From positions 1-32,000 of the forward strand of contig VFHF01000183.1 of NCBI GenBank assembly GCA_009392095.1: DNA of 32,000 nucleotides, read 5' to 3'. Source of the stretch: SAR202 cluster bacterium. GTDB taxonomy: Bacteria; Chloroflexota; Dehalococcoidia; Lucifugimonadales; UBA3495. How positions within the stretch are numbered: position 1 is the first letter of the stretch; every line of letters begins with the position of its first letter. Positions 8,526 to 16,284 of this stretch are shown one piece after another. The notes under the pieces were generated by a model, which worked only from the letters and a program-made list of their open reading frames with translations, was not told the DNA's origin and made no database searches. A program made the translations under genes and the position numbers.

Positions 8526-9296
8526 CTAGACAGTGACCGGGTAGATGACCTGGATGACTTTGTTGTCGCGAAGGCCGTCGAAGTAGGGGTGAGGCCGCTC
8601 CGGGTTCTGCAGCCAGCGGCGCACGAAGAAGGCGACCAGGTTGGACAATTGGCTTCCCACAGAGTGTCCTGGGTCTACGAAGCAGATGTCGTCGATCAGA
8701 CCGGTGGCGTCTATCCCTTCATCCGAACGCAGGAACTCGGACATGAACTTTGACTGAATGGAAGCCCCATTCTGAGCAATCACCAAAGCATGGTTAGTGA
8801 TAGGCATTGCGCCTTCCATGATCTGGTCGCCGGATAGATTCGCCATATTAAGTTCATCTAGGAACATGCTCATGGCGAAGAAAAACTTGTTGATCACAGG
8901 TCCAGTCGGCGTCTCCCAGACTGTGATGTACGGGTCGTTCCCGGCGGCTTTGGCGTTGGCGAATTCTTGCTTATTGATGTAAGAGGTGATAACCGGTGTC
9001 TGGCGCCGGACCATCACGTTCAGGCAGTCTTGAATAAGTTCGTTTCTCTTCAGGGTGGGCCAGGAAGCAAAGTAGCCTAGGCCTTGAAAGACATCTACCG
9101 GCCTGATCACGCTTGGGGAGCCTTCTCCACCCAAAGGCACGCCGAAATGACGGCGACACAGTGCGTCAAACTCTCCGTTCATCGAGATCGATTGGCTCTC
9201 GTGCACGAAGAGCCCGGTGTAGACCTGGTGGGGCTGGGAAGAGTCTGTGATAGTGTTGCCGGAAATCCCCGATTCTCCGACGTAGGTTAGGAACAT
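8526..9296 (-). CDS. Hypothetical protein with DUF3800-like motifs
   Basis: The ORF track opens at TTG 9314. I prefer ATG 9296 (MFLTYVGESG...) because GGAG lies 7 nt upstream. N-terminal YVGESG and C-terminal CFVDPGHSVGSQLSNLVAFFVRR resemble, from memory, the two hallmark DUF3800 motifs. The gene is visibly more AT-rich than its neighbours. Confidence 0.6.
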   Translation of the reverse strand: MFLTYVGESGISGNTITDSSQPHQVYTGLFVHESQSISMNGEFDALCRRHFGVPLGGEGSPSVIRPVDVFQGLGYFASWPTLKRNELIQDCLNVMVRRQTPVITSYINKQEFANAKAAGNDPYITVWETPTGPVINKFFFAMSMFLDELNMANLSGDQIMEGAMPITNHALVIAQNGASIQSKFMSEFLRSDEGIDATGLIDDICFVDPGHSVGSQLSNLVAFFVRRWLQNPERPHPYFDGLRDNKVIQVIYPVTV

Positions 9297-9315
9297 TTCC
9301 GGTCTCCAAAACAAC

Positions 9316-9356
9316 CGCCGGAGGCCGCGTGCCCATCTGAGTTTGCTCCTCCGGCG
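9316..9356 (-). terminator. Hairpin downstream of rplY (possible weak terminator or attenuator)
   Basis: 9-bp inverted repeat cgccggagg (9316-9324) and cctccggcg (9348-9356) with a 23-nt loop. On the minus strand it is followed by GTTGTTTTGG. The large loop makes it atypical. Confidence 0.35.
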
Positions 9357-9422
9357 TTCTTAAACTTTATTAGATCCCGCTGCTTGAACCTGGCGGGACA
9401 GACATAGATTCGGCTTCACCGA

Positions 9423-10076
9423 TTACTCTTCAGAGGCCTCGGCCGCGCCGCCTTCGTCACCCTCTTCACCTTCCTCGCCTTCCACACCCTCGACGACAAC
9501 TTCTTCTGCAACACGGGGTAGCTCGATCCGGACAACCAGCTCTTCGAGATCGCTAAGCAATGTGGCGGTTTCGGGAATCGGCAGATCGGATACACGGAGC
9601 ACCGAGTCCGGGTCTTCCATGACCGAGATGTCTAATTCGATCTGGTTTGGCATCTCCAGGGGGAGGGCCTGAACATCAACGGTGCGCAGTTGGTGCATCA
9701 CTGTCCCGCTCACGGTGCGGGCGCCGGCGGATTCGCCGACCAAGACGATCGGGACTTGGGCTGTTACCGGACGGCTTACGTCGGCGGCCAGGAGGTCTAC
9801 ATGCAAAAGGTCGTCGCGCCTGGGGTCCCACTGGATCTCCCGCGCAAAGGCCAGGTGATTGCCGGACTCGCCGTTGATGGTGATATGAATCGGCGTGGCG
9901 CCGCCGGCGGTGGCCAAAACCTGAATCAGCCGGGAGGCCTGGCATTGTAGGGCCCTTGGTTCCATACCTGGACCGTATAGGTGTATGGGTACGATGCCGG
10001 CCCGGCGTAGACGCCCGACCTTTTTGCCCATTAATTCTCGGGGGTCTAGTTCTATCTGTACTGCGTTGGTGGTCAT
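9423..10076 (-). CDS. rplY: 50S ribosomal protein L25 / general stress protein Ctc
   Basis: MTTNAVQIEL.PRE..GKK..RLRRAGIVP..LYG is the L25/Ctc N-terminus. It is followed by the Ctc C-domain and an acidic tail (EGVEGEEGEEGDEGG). The ORF track start at 10199 adds 41 non-conserved residues, so ATG 10076 is preferred. Confidence 0.9.
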   Translation of the reverse strand: MTTNAVQIELDPRELMGKKVGRLRRAGIVPIHLYGPGMEPRALQCQASRLIQVLATAGGATPIHITINGESGNHLAFAREIQWDPRRDDLLHVDLLAADVSRPVTAQVPIVLVGESAGARTVSGTVMHQLRTVDVQALPLEMPNQIELDISVMEDPDSVLRVSDLPIPETATLLSDLEELVVRIELPRVAEEVVVEGVEGEEGEEGDEGGAAEASEE

Positions 10077-10308
10077 GGGACGATGGTCTCCGGTGGTTTT
10101 GTGCTTCCGGGTCCCAAAATTGTCTACATCGGGAACGGTGGTTACGGAATCTGGACAAGCACGGGTTAATCGCAACCGTCTAATAATAGCATCAGCCACC
10201 CCGAAAGTGAATGGCAGGAGCAGGCCCCGCGCTCAATAGCCGGTTGTCCGGTCCGAAATCTTGACACTCGGTTTATCATGGGTTTGGACTTTGACCGGAG
10301 GAGAAACG

Positions 10309-11220
10309 ATGGCGTCTCATTCAATGGGGTTGACCTTACACGAAGCGGCACGCGGCATGGGCGTGCCGTTTACTGAAGAAAACGAGCCCGAAGACCGGAC
10401 GGTCAATGCCAATGGCTTGGAATTTCATTACCTTGAGTGGGGCGACCCAGCGAACCCCACCCTAGTCATGCTCCACGGAGTTTCGCAGCAGGCCCACAGT
10501 TGGGACTTCGTTAGTTTGGCCCTATCTCCGACCTACCATATCATCTCTCTGGACCAACGTGGCCACGGCGACACCGATTGGGCGTCGGACGGCGTTTACT
10601 CCCTGGACGCCATGCAGGCGGATATTGACGGAGTGGTGGAAGCACTCGGGCTGGACGACTTCAACCTCATGGGGCATTCCATGGGTGGACGAAACAGTTT
10701 TATCTGGGCCTCGCGGCACCTGAAGACCCTGCGGTCGTTGACCATCGTGGACACCGGCCCGGAAACCCAACGCCGCGGCCAAGACCGCATCCGGGACTTC
10801 AGGGAACTGCCAAATAACTTGGACAGCTTCCAAGAGTTCGCCGACCGGGTTAAAGAGTACACCGGCCGGACCGAAGAGCAGGTCTTAGGGGCGCTTAAAT
10901 ACAGTATCCGACAGATGCCCGACGGCAAGTGGGCTTGGAAATGGGATCCTGCAACCCGCAACCGAACCCGCAGCGGCGACGACCCTACCTGGAACACCGA
11001 GAAGCTGTGGGAATGCGTTGAAGCGGTGGATTGCCCTTCACTAGTCGTTAGGGGCAGCCGCAGCGATATCTTCGCTGAGGAGACTCTGGCAAAGATGGGA
11101 CAGGTGATGACCGATTGCATCACCGAGACCATCGACAACGCCGGACACCTGGTGCAGGGCGACAACCCAGTAGACTTTATAGCCGCTGCACAGGGAATCC
11201 TCTCCCGCACTAACGGCTAG
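10309..11220 (+). CDS. Alpha/beta hydrolase fold protein
   Basis: Oxyanion region LVMLHGVSQQAHSW, then LDQRGHGDTDW, nucleophile elbow GHSMGG and a C-terminal NAGHLV. GGAGGAG lies upstream of ATG 10309. The track start at 10261 is an upstream TTG. Confidence 0.85.
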   Translation: MASHSMGLTLHEAARGMGVPFTEENEPEDRTVNANGLEFHYLEWGDPANPTLVMLHGVSQQAHSWDFVSLALSPTYHIISLDQRGHGDTDWASDGVYSLDAMQADIDGVVEALGLDDFNLMGHSMGGRNSFIWASRHLKTLRSLTIVDTGPETQRRGQDRIRDFRELPNNLDSFQEFADRVKEYTGRTEEQVLGALKYSIRQMPDGKWAWKWDPATRNRTRSGDDPTWNTEKLWECVEAVDCPSLVVRGSRSDIFAEETLAKMGQVMTDCITETIDNAGHLVQGDNPVDFIAAAQGILSRTNG

Positions 11221-11239
11221 CCCCCACCACCTAAGTGCC

Positions 11240-12487
11240 CTAACCTAAGTCGATCAACCTGGGAATCAAGTCGCCAAGTCCGAAGCCGATTCCTGCGGAG
11301 ATCGCCCCGATGGTTAGGATCTCCAATCCCTGCAGGAGCGGCGATCTCTGCACCAGCCGGCCCTTGCCCACGCCCAGGATGAATAAGCCCGTGAGTGCCG
11401 CTGCGATGGAGATGCTGATGGCTGCCCCGCCTTCCAAGAAGAAGTGGGGAAAGATTGGGATGATCGCCGCCAAGATGAATGCGATGCCCATGGTGAGGGC
11501 GTCTTTCACGGGGCTGCTTGTTTCGTCGGGACTGATGCCCAGCTCCTTCTCCACCAGGGTGCGCAGCCACAACTCCTTGTCCTGCGCGATCTCGTCGGCC
11601 AGGTGCCGGGCTTCCTGGTAGGTCTTGCCCTCCCGTTGGTATAACACCACCAACTCGGCTAATTCCTCGGCTGGGTTATCCTCCAACTCCTGTGCCTCAC
11701 GGGCAATCTCAGCCCGCTGCACGTCCTGCTCGGCGCGAGAACCCAAGAATGCGCCGGTAGCCATGGACAGCATCCCCGGCAGGGCTGCGGCCAGACCGGC
11801 GACCAAGACGGTCGTCTGGTTCTCGACGGCCACGGCCACACCGGTGACCAGCGCCACGGTGCTCAGCAGGCCGTCCTGGGCGCCGAATACCACCTCGCGC
11901 AGGCGGCCCAAACGGGCGACCCGCCACCGTTCGCGGTCGATCTCGGTGGCCGCGCTGACGTAGTCCGACATGGTCATGCCGTCGGTCTCGATATTGAGCG
12001 GGCTGCCGGCAGCCACCACCGTAGCATTGACTGGCTCCATGGCCGCCACCGTCTGAGGCTGGCCTGCGGCGGCAATGGCTGCCGTTTTGGCTTCCAACAG
12101 TTCAAGGGCACTGGTGAATACCTCCAGGTGATGGCGCTCCCGGTCCATGGCCAAGGCGAAAGAATCGGCGGCGTCCTGCCGGCCTTCATCCAGTGCATCC
12201 TGGATCATCTTGGGGTACATGGTGCTGTACTCTTTCGACTCGCCCTCGGTCACCGTGCGCAGGTTCACCGACGTCGTCTCCAGAGCGCCGGAAACACGCA
12301 GGTGGTTCATGCCGTGGATCGTCTCGGCGCCGGCCACTTCCTGGAACACCTGGGCAACTTCCGGATGGCCTTCTTCTAGGGCCCGGTGGGCGTAGGCGTT
12401 GTATTTCAAGTGGGCCAGAGCCTCGGCGACGATGGCCGACCAAAGGTTCCGCTCCGTCTTAGTCATCGACGGTGTATTTGTAGCCAT
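11240..12487 (-). CDS. Erythrin/ferritin-like domain fused to a VIT1/CCC1-family iron transporter
   Basis: The N-terminus is a rubrerythrin-like four-helix domain (TERNL..A...EA.A..KY..YA..A..EG...VA..F...A..E..H, second half E.....YP). The C-terminus is a VIT1/CCC1 membrane domain (REVVFGAQDGLLSTVALVTGVA..., multiple TM helices). AAGGA lies 8 nt upstream of the ATG. Confidence 0.85.
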   Translation of the reverse strand: MATNTPSMTKTERNLWSAIVAEALAHLKYNAYAHRALEEGHPEVAQVFQEVAGAETIHGMNHLRVSGALETTSVNLRTVTEGESKEYSTMYPKMIQDALDEGRQDAADSFALAMDRERHHLEVFTSALELLEAKTAAIAAAGQPQTVAAMEPVNATVVAAGSPLNIETDGMTMSDYVSAATEIDRERWRVARLGRLREVVFGAQDGLLSTVALVTGVAVAVENQTTVLVAGLAAALPGMLSMATGAFLGSRAEQDVQRAEIAREAQELEDNPAEELAELVVLYQREGKTYQEARHLADEIAQDKELWLRTLVEKELGISPDETSSPVKDALTMGIAFILAAIIPIFPHFFLEGGAAISISIAAALTGLFILGVGKGRLVQRSPLLQGLEILTIGAISAGIGFGLGDLIPRLIDLG

Positions 12488-12644
12488 GATTGGTGTCCTT
12501 TCTATTGCTGTGAGGCCGCCGGCGGCGCCATTAAAAAGAGGCGGGCAGCAGAATCTATCTTATCAAATGGGAATAAGAAGCCGTCAGAAAAGCGGCACGT
12601 TTTATGGCCAGCGAAACTCTAAGTCCGGGGGTTAAGTAGCCTGC

Positions 12645-13046
12645 TCAGCCGCCTTGGGAGGCGTGGTGGGCGACTATGCGCCAACCGTCCTCGTAGCGGG
12701 CAAAGATGTTGGTGGCGAATGTGCTGAAGTTACTGGCGGTGCCTTGAACGACGCTGGTGATGCCCTCAACACAAGTGACAAAGCCGAATTCGCCTTGGAC
12801 GACCACGTTCAGATAGCGGACTTGAAATTGCATCAGAGCGGTGTTCTGGAAGATGCGGTCCCAACTCTGACGCACGTCTTCCCAGCCGATTAGGGGAGCC
12901 CAACCTGGGTGGACGCACATGGCCCGGTCCGAGGTCTCCCAGACACGGTCCATGCCGGCGATGTCCAAGTCGGAGAAGGCGTTGTAGAATCGCTGATTGG
13001 CGGCTTTTATCTCTTCGACGATCTCCGGTTCTGGTTGAGGGACCAT
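12645..13046 (-). CDS. NTF2-like / SnoaL-like (DUF4440-type) protein
   Basis: 133 aa. The pattern IKAANQRFYNAF...D...MDRVW......CVHPGW....GWEDV..SW..IF ... W(R)IVAHHAS is typical of NTF2-like small proteins. Its start overlaps the upstream stop by 1 nt (TGATG). Confidence 0.7.
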   Translation of the reverse strand: MVPQPEPEIVEEIKAANQRFYNAFSDLDIAGMDRVWETSDRAMCVHPGWAPLIGWEDVRQSWDRIFQNTALMQFQVRYLNVVVQGEFGFVTCVEGITSVVQGTASNFSTFATNIFARYEDGWRIVAHHASQGG

Positions 13047-13765
13047 CAGGAACCCCGGCCCCGCCCGGCGCGGTTCGCCCAGTACTCCCAGGCACGCTGC
13101 TGTCCCGTGAGACTCATCTGGCTATCTGTCATCGCTTCGATCTCGCCCGGAGAGAGGTATTTAACATCCCCAAGCCGCATTGACTCCATCAGGAGTCCAG
13201 CATTCACTTGAAGGTAGATCGAAGCCATGATTACCTCGCGTATGGTCTTGCCGGCAATCACGCACCCATGGCCGCGCATCAGCGACACCCTGCGGTCTCC
13301 CAGGCAGGCTGCTAGGTCTCGCCCCTGATCCATGTTGGTGACCAGCATATTTGTGTCTTGGAACTTGTCGCGGATGTCCCAAACCGGCAGTTCCGGCCCG
13401 ATAATGGCCGCCAAGTGGAACATGGGCCGCAGAGGCGTGGTGGTGACGCTGAAGGGAATCACTGTCGGCGAGTGATTATGAACGATGGCCATCACATCGT
13501 CCCGGGCCTGATATATGCCCCCGTGGATCGGCCGCTCGGTATACATGGGGCGGCCTTGCTGGTCCACGGGGTCTCCCTCCAGGGTGTATTCCATGAGGTC
13601 GTCCCTTTCCACCAGGTCAGGGGCTCGGGACTGGGAAAGGATGTACCGATCGGGCCGTTCCGGGTGACGGATACTGACGTGGCCATAGGCGTCAACCACG
13701 CCCTCCCGCGCCAGGATGCGGTTGGCCGTGACCAGCAGTTCCAATTGTTCTTCGATGTTGTTCAT
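13046..13765 (-). CDS. Class II aldolase / adducin-domain protein
   Basis: L..A.RIL...GV.DAYGHVSIR.P, the metal-site region IVHNHSP, and MRGHG.V..G are all present. 239 aa. Confidence 0.85.
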   Translation of the reverse strand: MNNIEEQLELLVTANRILAREGVVDAYGHVSIRHPERPDRYILSQSRAPDLVERDDLMEYTLEGDPVDQQGRPMYTERPIHGGIYQARDDVMAIVHNHSPTVIPFSVTTTPLRPMFHLAAIIGPELPVWDIRDKFQDTNMLVTNMDQGRDLAACLGDRRVSLMRGHGCVIAGKTIREVIMASIYLQVNAGLLMESMRLGDVKYLSPGEIEAMTDSQMSLTGQQRAWEYWANRAGRGRGS

Positions 13766-13805
13766 AAATCTGTTCTTCCGTTATCCCGGCGCAGGGCAGA
13801 ATGAC

Positions 13806-13845
13806 GAAGAAGAGCCTGCCGACGTTTCCAGGCAGGCCCTTCTTC
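13806..13845. repeat. Inverted repeat / stem-loop between the NIPSNAP gene and the aldolase gene
   Basis: gaagaagagcctgcc (13806-13820) pairs with ggcaggcccttcttc (13831-13845) at 14 of 15 positions, with a 10-nt loop. There is no U-tract on the minus strand, so it is not a canonical intrinsic terminator. Confidence 0.4.
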
Positions 13846-13888
13846 CCAATTATCTGATCACTCGCCCGTACAAAACGCGGCTGGGCCG

Positions 13889-14509
13889 TTAGTGCATCGG
13901 CGAGAAGGATGCGGGAACCATGATTTTGTTCTCTTGGTTCACCAAAAACTCTCGTGTGGGCGGCGGCCAGGACGGCGTTTTTACGGCTTCGGCACGGATT
14001 TTGTTCCGCTGTTCTAGGTCGTCGTAGGGCCAGATGTGGACCCACTTGTTCAGTCCGCCAACGTCGGTGTACATCGCGGCGGCCAATGGGGAGAATTCTT
14101 CTCTGGCAGGGACTGCCTCGGCCCAGATGTCGACTACTTTGCCGATGCTGCCGGTCTTGTAGGTGTAGGTGCGCATCTCGTAGAGAGCGCCCAAAGCTTG
14201 GTCTCCACCCATCGGGCGCATGAACGGCGCGGGGATGAAGATCTCAGAATTCATGTTCACGTACATCTCGGGGTCATTGGGCGGCGGCCAGTTGGGGTCT
14301 TTTCCGGCCTCGGCGCGAATGCTGTTGCGCTCTTCCACGCTTTCGTAGGGCCAGACGTGAATCACCTGGTTCAACGGCCCGATCTCCGTGTGCCAGAAGG
14401 CTCCCAGCTTGGAGTATTTCTCGCGGTGAGGCAGGGCGGCGGCGAAATTCTTTTCGAATTCAGGAACGCTGCCTGGTTTCAGGGTATAGGTACGCACTTC
14501 ATAGATCAT
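13889..14509 (-). CDS. NIPSNAP family protein (two tandem NIPSNAP domains)
   Basis: Clear internal duplication: MIYEVRTYTLKPGSV...VIHVWPYESVEERNSIRAEAGKDPNWPP and LYEMRTYTYKTGSI...WVHIWPYDDLEQRNKIRAEAVKTPSWPP. Confidence 0.85.
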   Translation of the reverse strand: MIYEVRTYTLKPGSVPEFEKNFAAALPHREKYSKLGAFWHTEIGPLNQVIHVWPYESVEERNSIRAEAGKDPNWPPPNDPEMYVNMNSEIFIPAPFMRPMGGDQALGALYEMRTYTYKTGSIGKVVDIWAEAVPAREEFSPLAAAMYTDVGGLNKWVHIWPYDDLEQRNKIRAEAVKTPSWPPPTREFLVNQENKIMVPASFSPMH

Positions 14510-14627
14510 GGCGGCTCCTCTGTGGGGTTGTTTGCGTTCTGCTGGCTCGTCTAGGCTCGTTTTTAGCCGGGCGTGAGGTTCGGCGACAGTGTAGCAAAAG
14601 TGGTTGGGCTGGGCAAACGGCGCGGCG

Positions 14628-15428
14628 CTATTTACCCGCCTGCTGGATGACCACTTTGTCGCAGTGTTGTTCGGCGGCCTTTAACACCTCGGGATGGGAT
14701 TCGGACGGGCTGCCGATGGTGCAGACCACACTCCATAGCCCGGCGCGGGCGTCCCGGCCCAAGCGGGAGAGAATCTCGTTGGTGTTCTTGCCGTTCAGAA
14801 TCAGCTCCGTCCCGCTTGCGGAATTCCGGACAGCGTCCAAGGCTTCTGGTGTGCCTGCCACGTAGTCGGCGTGTTTTAGAAGGCCCACGGCTAAAACGCC
14901 TAATTCGGAAGGGCGGTCCGGATCTAGAGCGATGAAAGTTACGGCCCGTTCCCTTGCGTTGAAGGCTTCCACGTACTTCCGCGTCTCCACGATCTGGCGG
15001 GAGTGGGCGGTCCAATGGCCGGACGACCGTTCCACCAACTCCAGCAGGGTCAGTCCGGGGAAAGAGTTTTCAGGGTTGGGCGCCGTCACCTGCTGGGACA
15101 TCTTTGCTTCGGTCAAGCTCTCCACCAACTTGCGGAACCGCCGGTAGTTGTCGTCCAGATGGACAATGTCTGCTTTGAGCTTCGTTTCGCGGGTATTGAA
15201 CGGAGGCAACATGTCCTTGTCACCGGCCACGATTTGTTCCAGCGCCGCGACGAACTTTTCGGTATCCAGGTGGTTAAGCACCTCCCAGACGGACCACCGA
15301 GAGCCCAAGAAGGCGTCCACGGGATCGAGTCCTTCCAGTGAGGTATGGAGGTTCTTATACCCCTCGTCCAGCCGCTCCAGCACGCGTGCGCGCCGTTGGA
15401 GTGAGGTCAGTTCTTGTTCTGGTGCCAT
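14628..15428 (-). CDS. Hypothetical protein: DinB/ClbS-like four-helix-bundle N-domain plus an uncharacterised C-domain
   Basis: The N-terminal ~150 aa carry DinB-superfamily hallmarks (WSVWEVLNHL..., GHWTAHSRQI). The C-terminal ~110 aa are discussed in the findings. GGAGAA lies 4 nt upstream of the ATG. Confidence 0.55.
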   Translation of the reverse strand: MAPEQELTSLQRRARVLERLDEGYKNLHTSLEGLDPVDAFLGSRWSVWEVLNHLDTEKFVAALEQIVAGDKDMLPPFNTRETKLKADIVHLDDNYRRFRKLVESLTEAKMSQQVTAPNPENSFPGLTLLELVERSSGHWTAHSRQIVETRKYVEAFNARERAVTFIALDPDRPSELGVLAVGLLKHADYVAGTPEALDAVRNSASGTELILNGKNTNEILSRLGRDARAGLWSVVCTIGSPSESHPEVLKAAEQHCDKVVIQQAGK

Positions 15429-15504
15429 CGTTTCTCCAGATGTGTCTTAGTTTGTGAGGCCATTCTAAGGCAGCGGCAAACTCCAGGGAAGCAGGAAACC
15501 ACAG

Positions 15505-15513
15505 TGGTACAAT
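15505..15513 (+). promoter_or_regulatory. Extended -10 element (TGgTACAAT) upstream of the VLRF1-like gene
   Basis: TG at 15505-15506 and TACAAT at 15508-15513, only 12 nt before ATG 15526. No Shine-Dalgarno is visible in between. Confidence 0.35.
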
Positions 15514-15525
15514 TTCCTGAACATA

Positions 15526-16281
15526 ATGACCGAAGCTAGAAACAGGACCGCCACGCCTGCCGCTGGACTCAACGGAGACTGGCTCACCAAAGACCGGCTG
15601 CATAATCTTCTGAACGTGCGAAAGCCCGCCGAGGGAGAAGTTGCGTCGTCGGTCTATCTGAAGCCTGGCGACACTGCCGAGTCCTCCGAATGGCGGGAGC
15701 GGCTGGCACGATTGGGTAAAACGCCAGAGGATAGTGGGAGCGGGCTGGTTGGTTTTCGCGCTGGGGGGCGGGCTTTAGTCATCGCGCCGCCTTTCCCCAT
15801 AACTGTAAGCAACCGGTTCGATACCTGGGATGAGGGACCGCTCTGGACGTTGCTGGACGCGGAACGCACCTTTGGGGTGGTGCTGGTGCGGCTGGGGCGC
15901 TACTCGGTGGCCGTCTACCGAGGCGGAGACCTGGTTACATCCAAGACCGACTCCCGCTACGTGAAAGGCAAGCACCATGCCGGCGGCACGTCCCAACTGC
16001 GCTACACCCGCGTCCGGGAAGGCCAGATGCGGCGGCTGTACGTCAAGGTCTGCGAGACCATCCGCGCCCAATTCGAGCCGGTGGCCAGCGAGCTAGACCA
16101 CGTGGTTTTAGGCGGAGAGAAGTTCACGCTGAACGGCTTTTTGAAGGTCTGCCCCCGTCTGGACGAGTATAAGAACATCACCCTAAAACGAAGATTGAAT
16201 ATCCGGGACCCAAAACGTGACACTCTGGACGACCTGGGAGAGACCCTCTACGAAAGCCGCGTTTGGGTCCTCGATTGGTGA
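15526..16281 (+). CDS. Vms1/ANKZF1-family (acVLRF1-type, eRF1-like) putative peptidyl-tRNA hydrolase
   Basis: 251 aa. The loop RYVKGKHHAGGTSQLRYTRVREGQ (GGTSQ encoded at 15982-15996) matches, from memory, the catalytic Gln loop of Vms1-like release factors and the actinobacterial/chloroflexal acVLRF1 clade (RYV.G...AGG.SQ.RF.RRRE.Q). Confidence 0.7.
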   Translation: MTEARNRTATPAAGLNGDWLTKDRLHNLLNVRKPAEGEVASSVYLKPGDTAESSEWRERLARLGKTPEDSGSGLVGFRAGGRALVIAPPFPITVSNRFDTWDEGPLWTLLDAERTFGVVLVRLGRYSVAVYRGGDLVTSKTDSRYVKGKHHAGGTSQLRYTRVREGQMRRLYVKVCETIRAQFEPVASELDHVVLGGEKFTLNGFLKVCPRLDEYKNITLKRRLNIRDPKRDTLDDLGETLYESRVWVLDW

Positions 16282-16284
16282 ATA

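Noticed and set aside
8334-9422. Mobile-element boundaries around the DUF3800-like gene
   Set aside because: I looked for direct or inverted repeats shared by the two flanks, and for integrase, transposase or tRNA genes. I found only short, imperfect similarity (CCGGCTTGCAAGG versus CCGCTGCTTGAACC), which is not convincing.
10077-10199. N-terminal extensions suggested by the ORF track (rplY to 10199, malic enzyme to 25173, hydrolase from 10261, DUF3800-like to 9314, ilvD to 26798)
   Set aside because: The extensions use upstream TTG or GTG codons or distant ATGs. They add non-conserved, Arg-rich sequence or overlap neighbouring genes. Internal ATGs give canonical family N-termini, and most have GGAG-type SD sequences upstream (the ilvD ATG 26741 does not).
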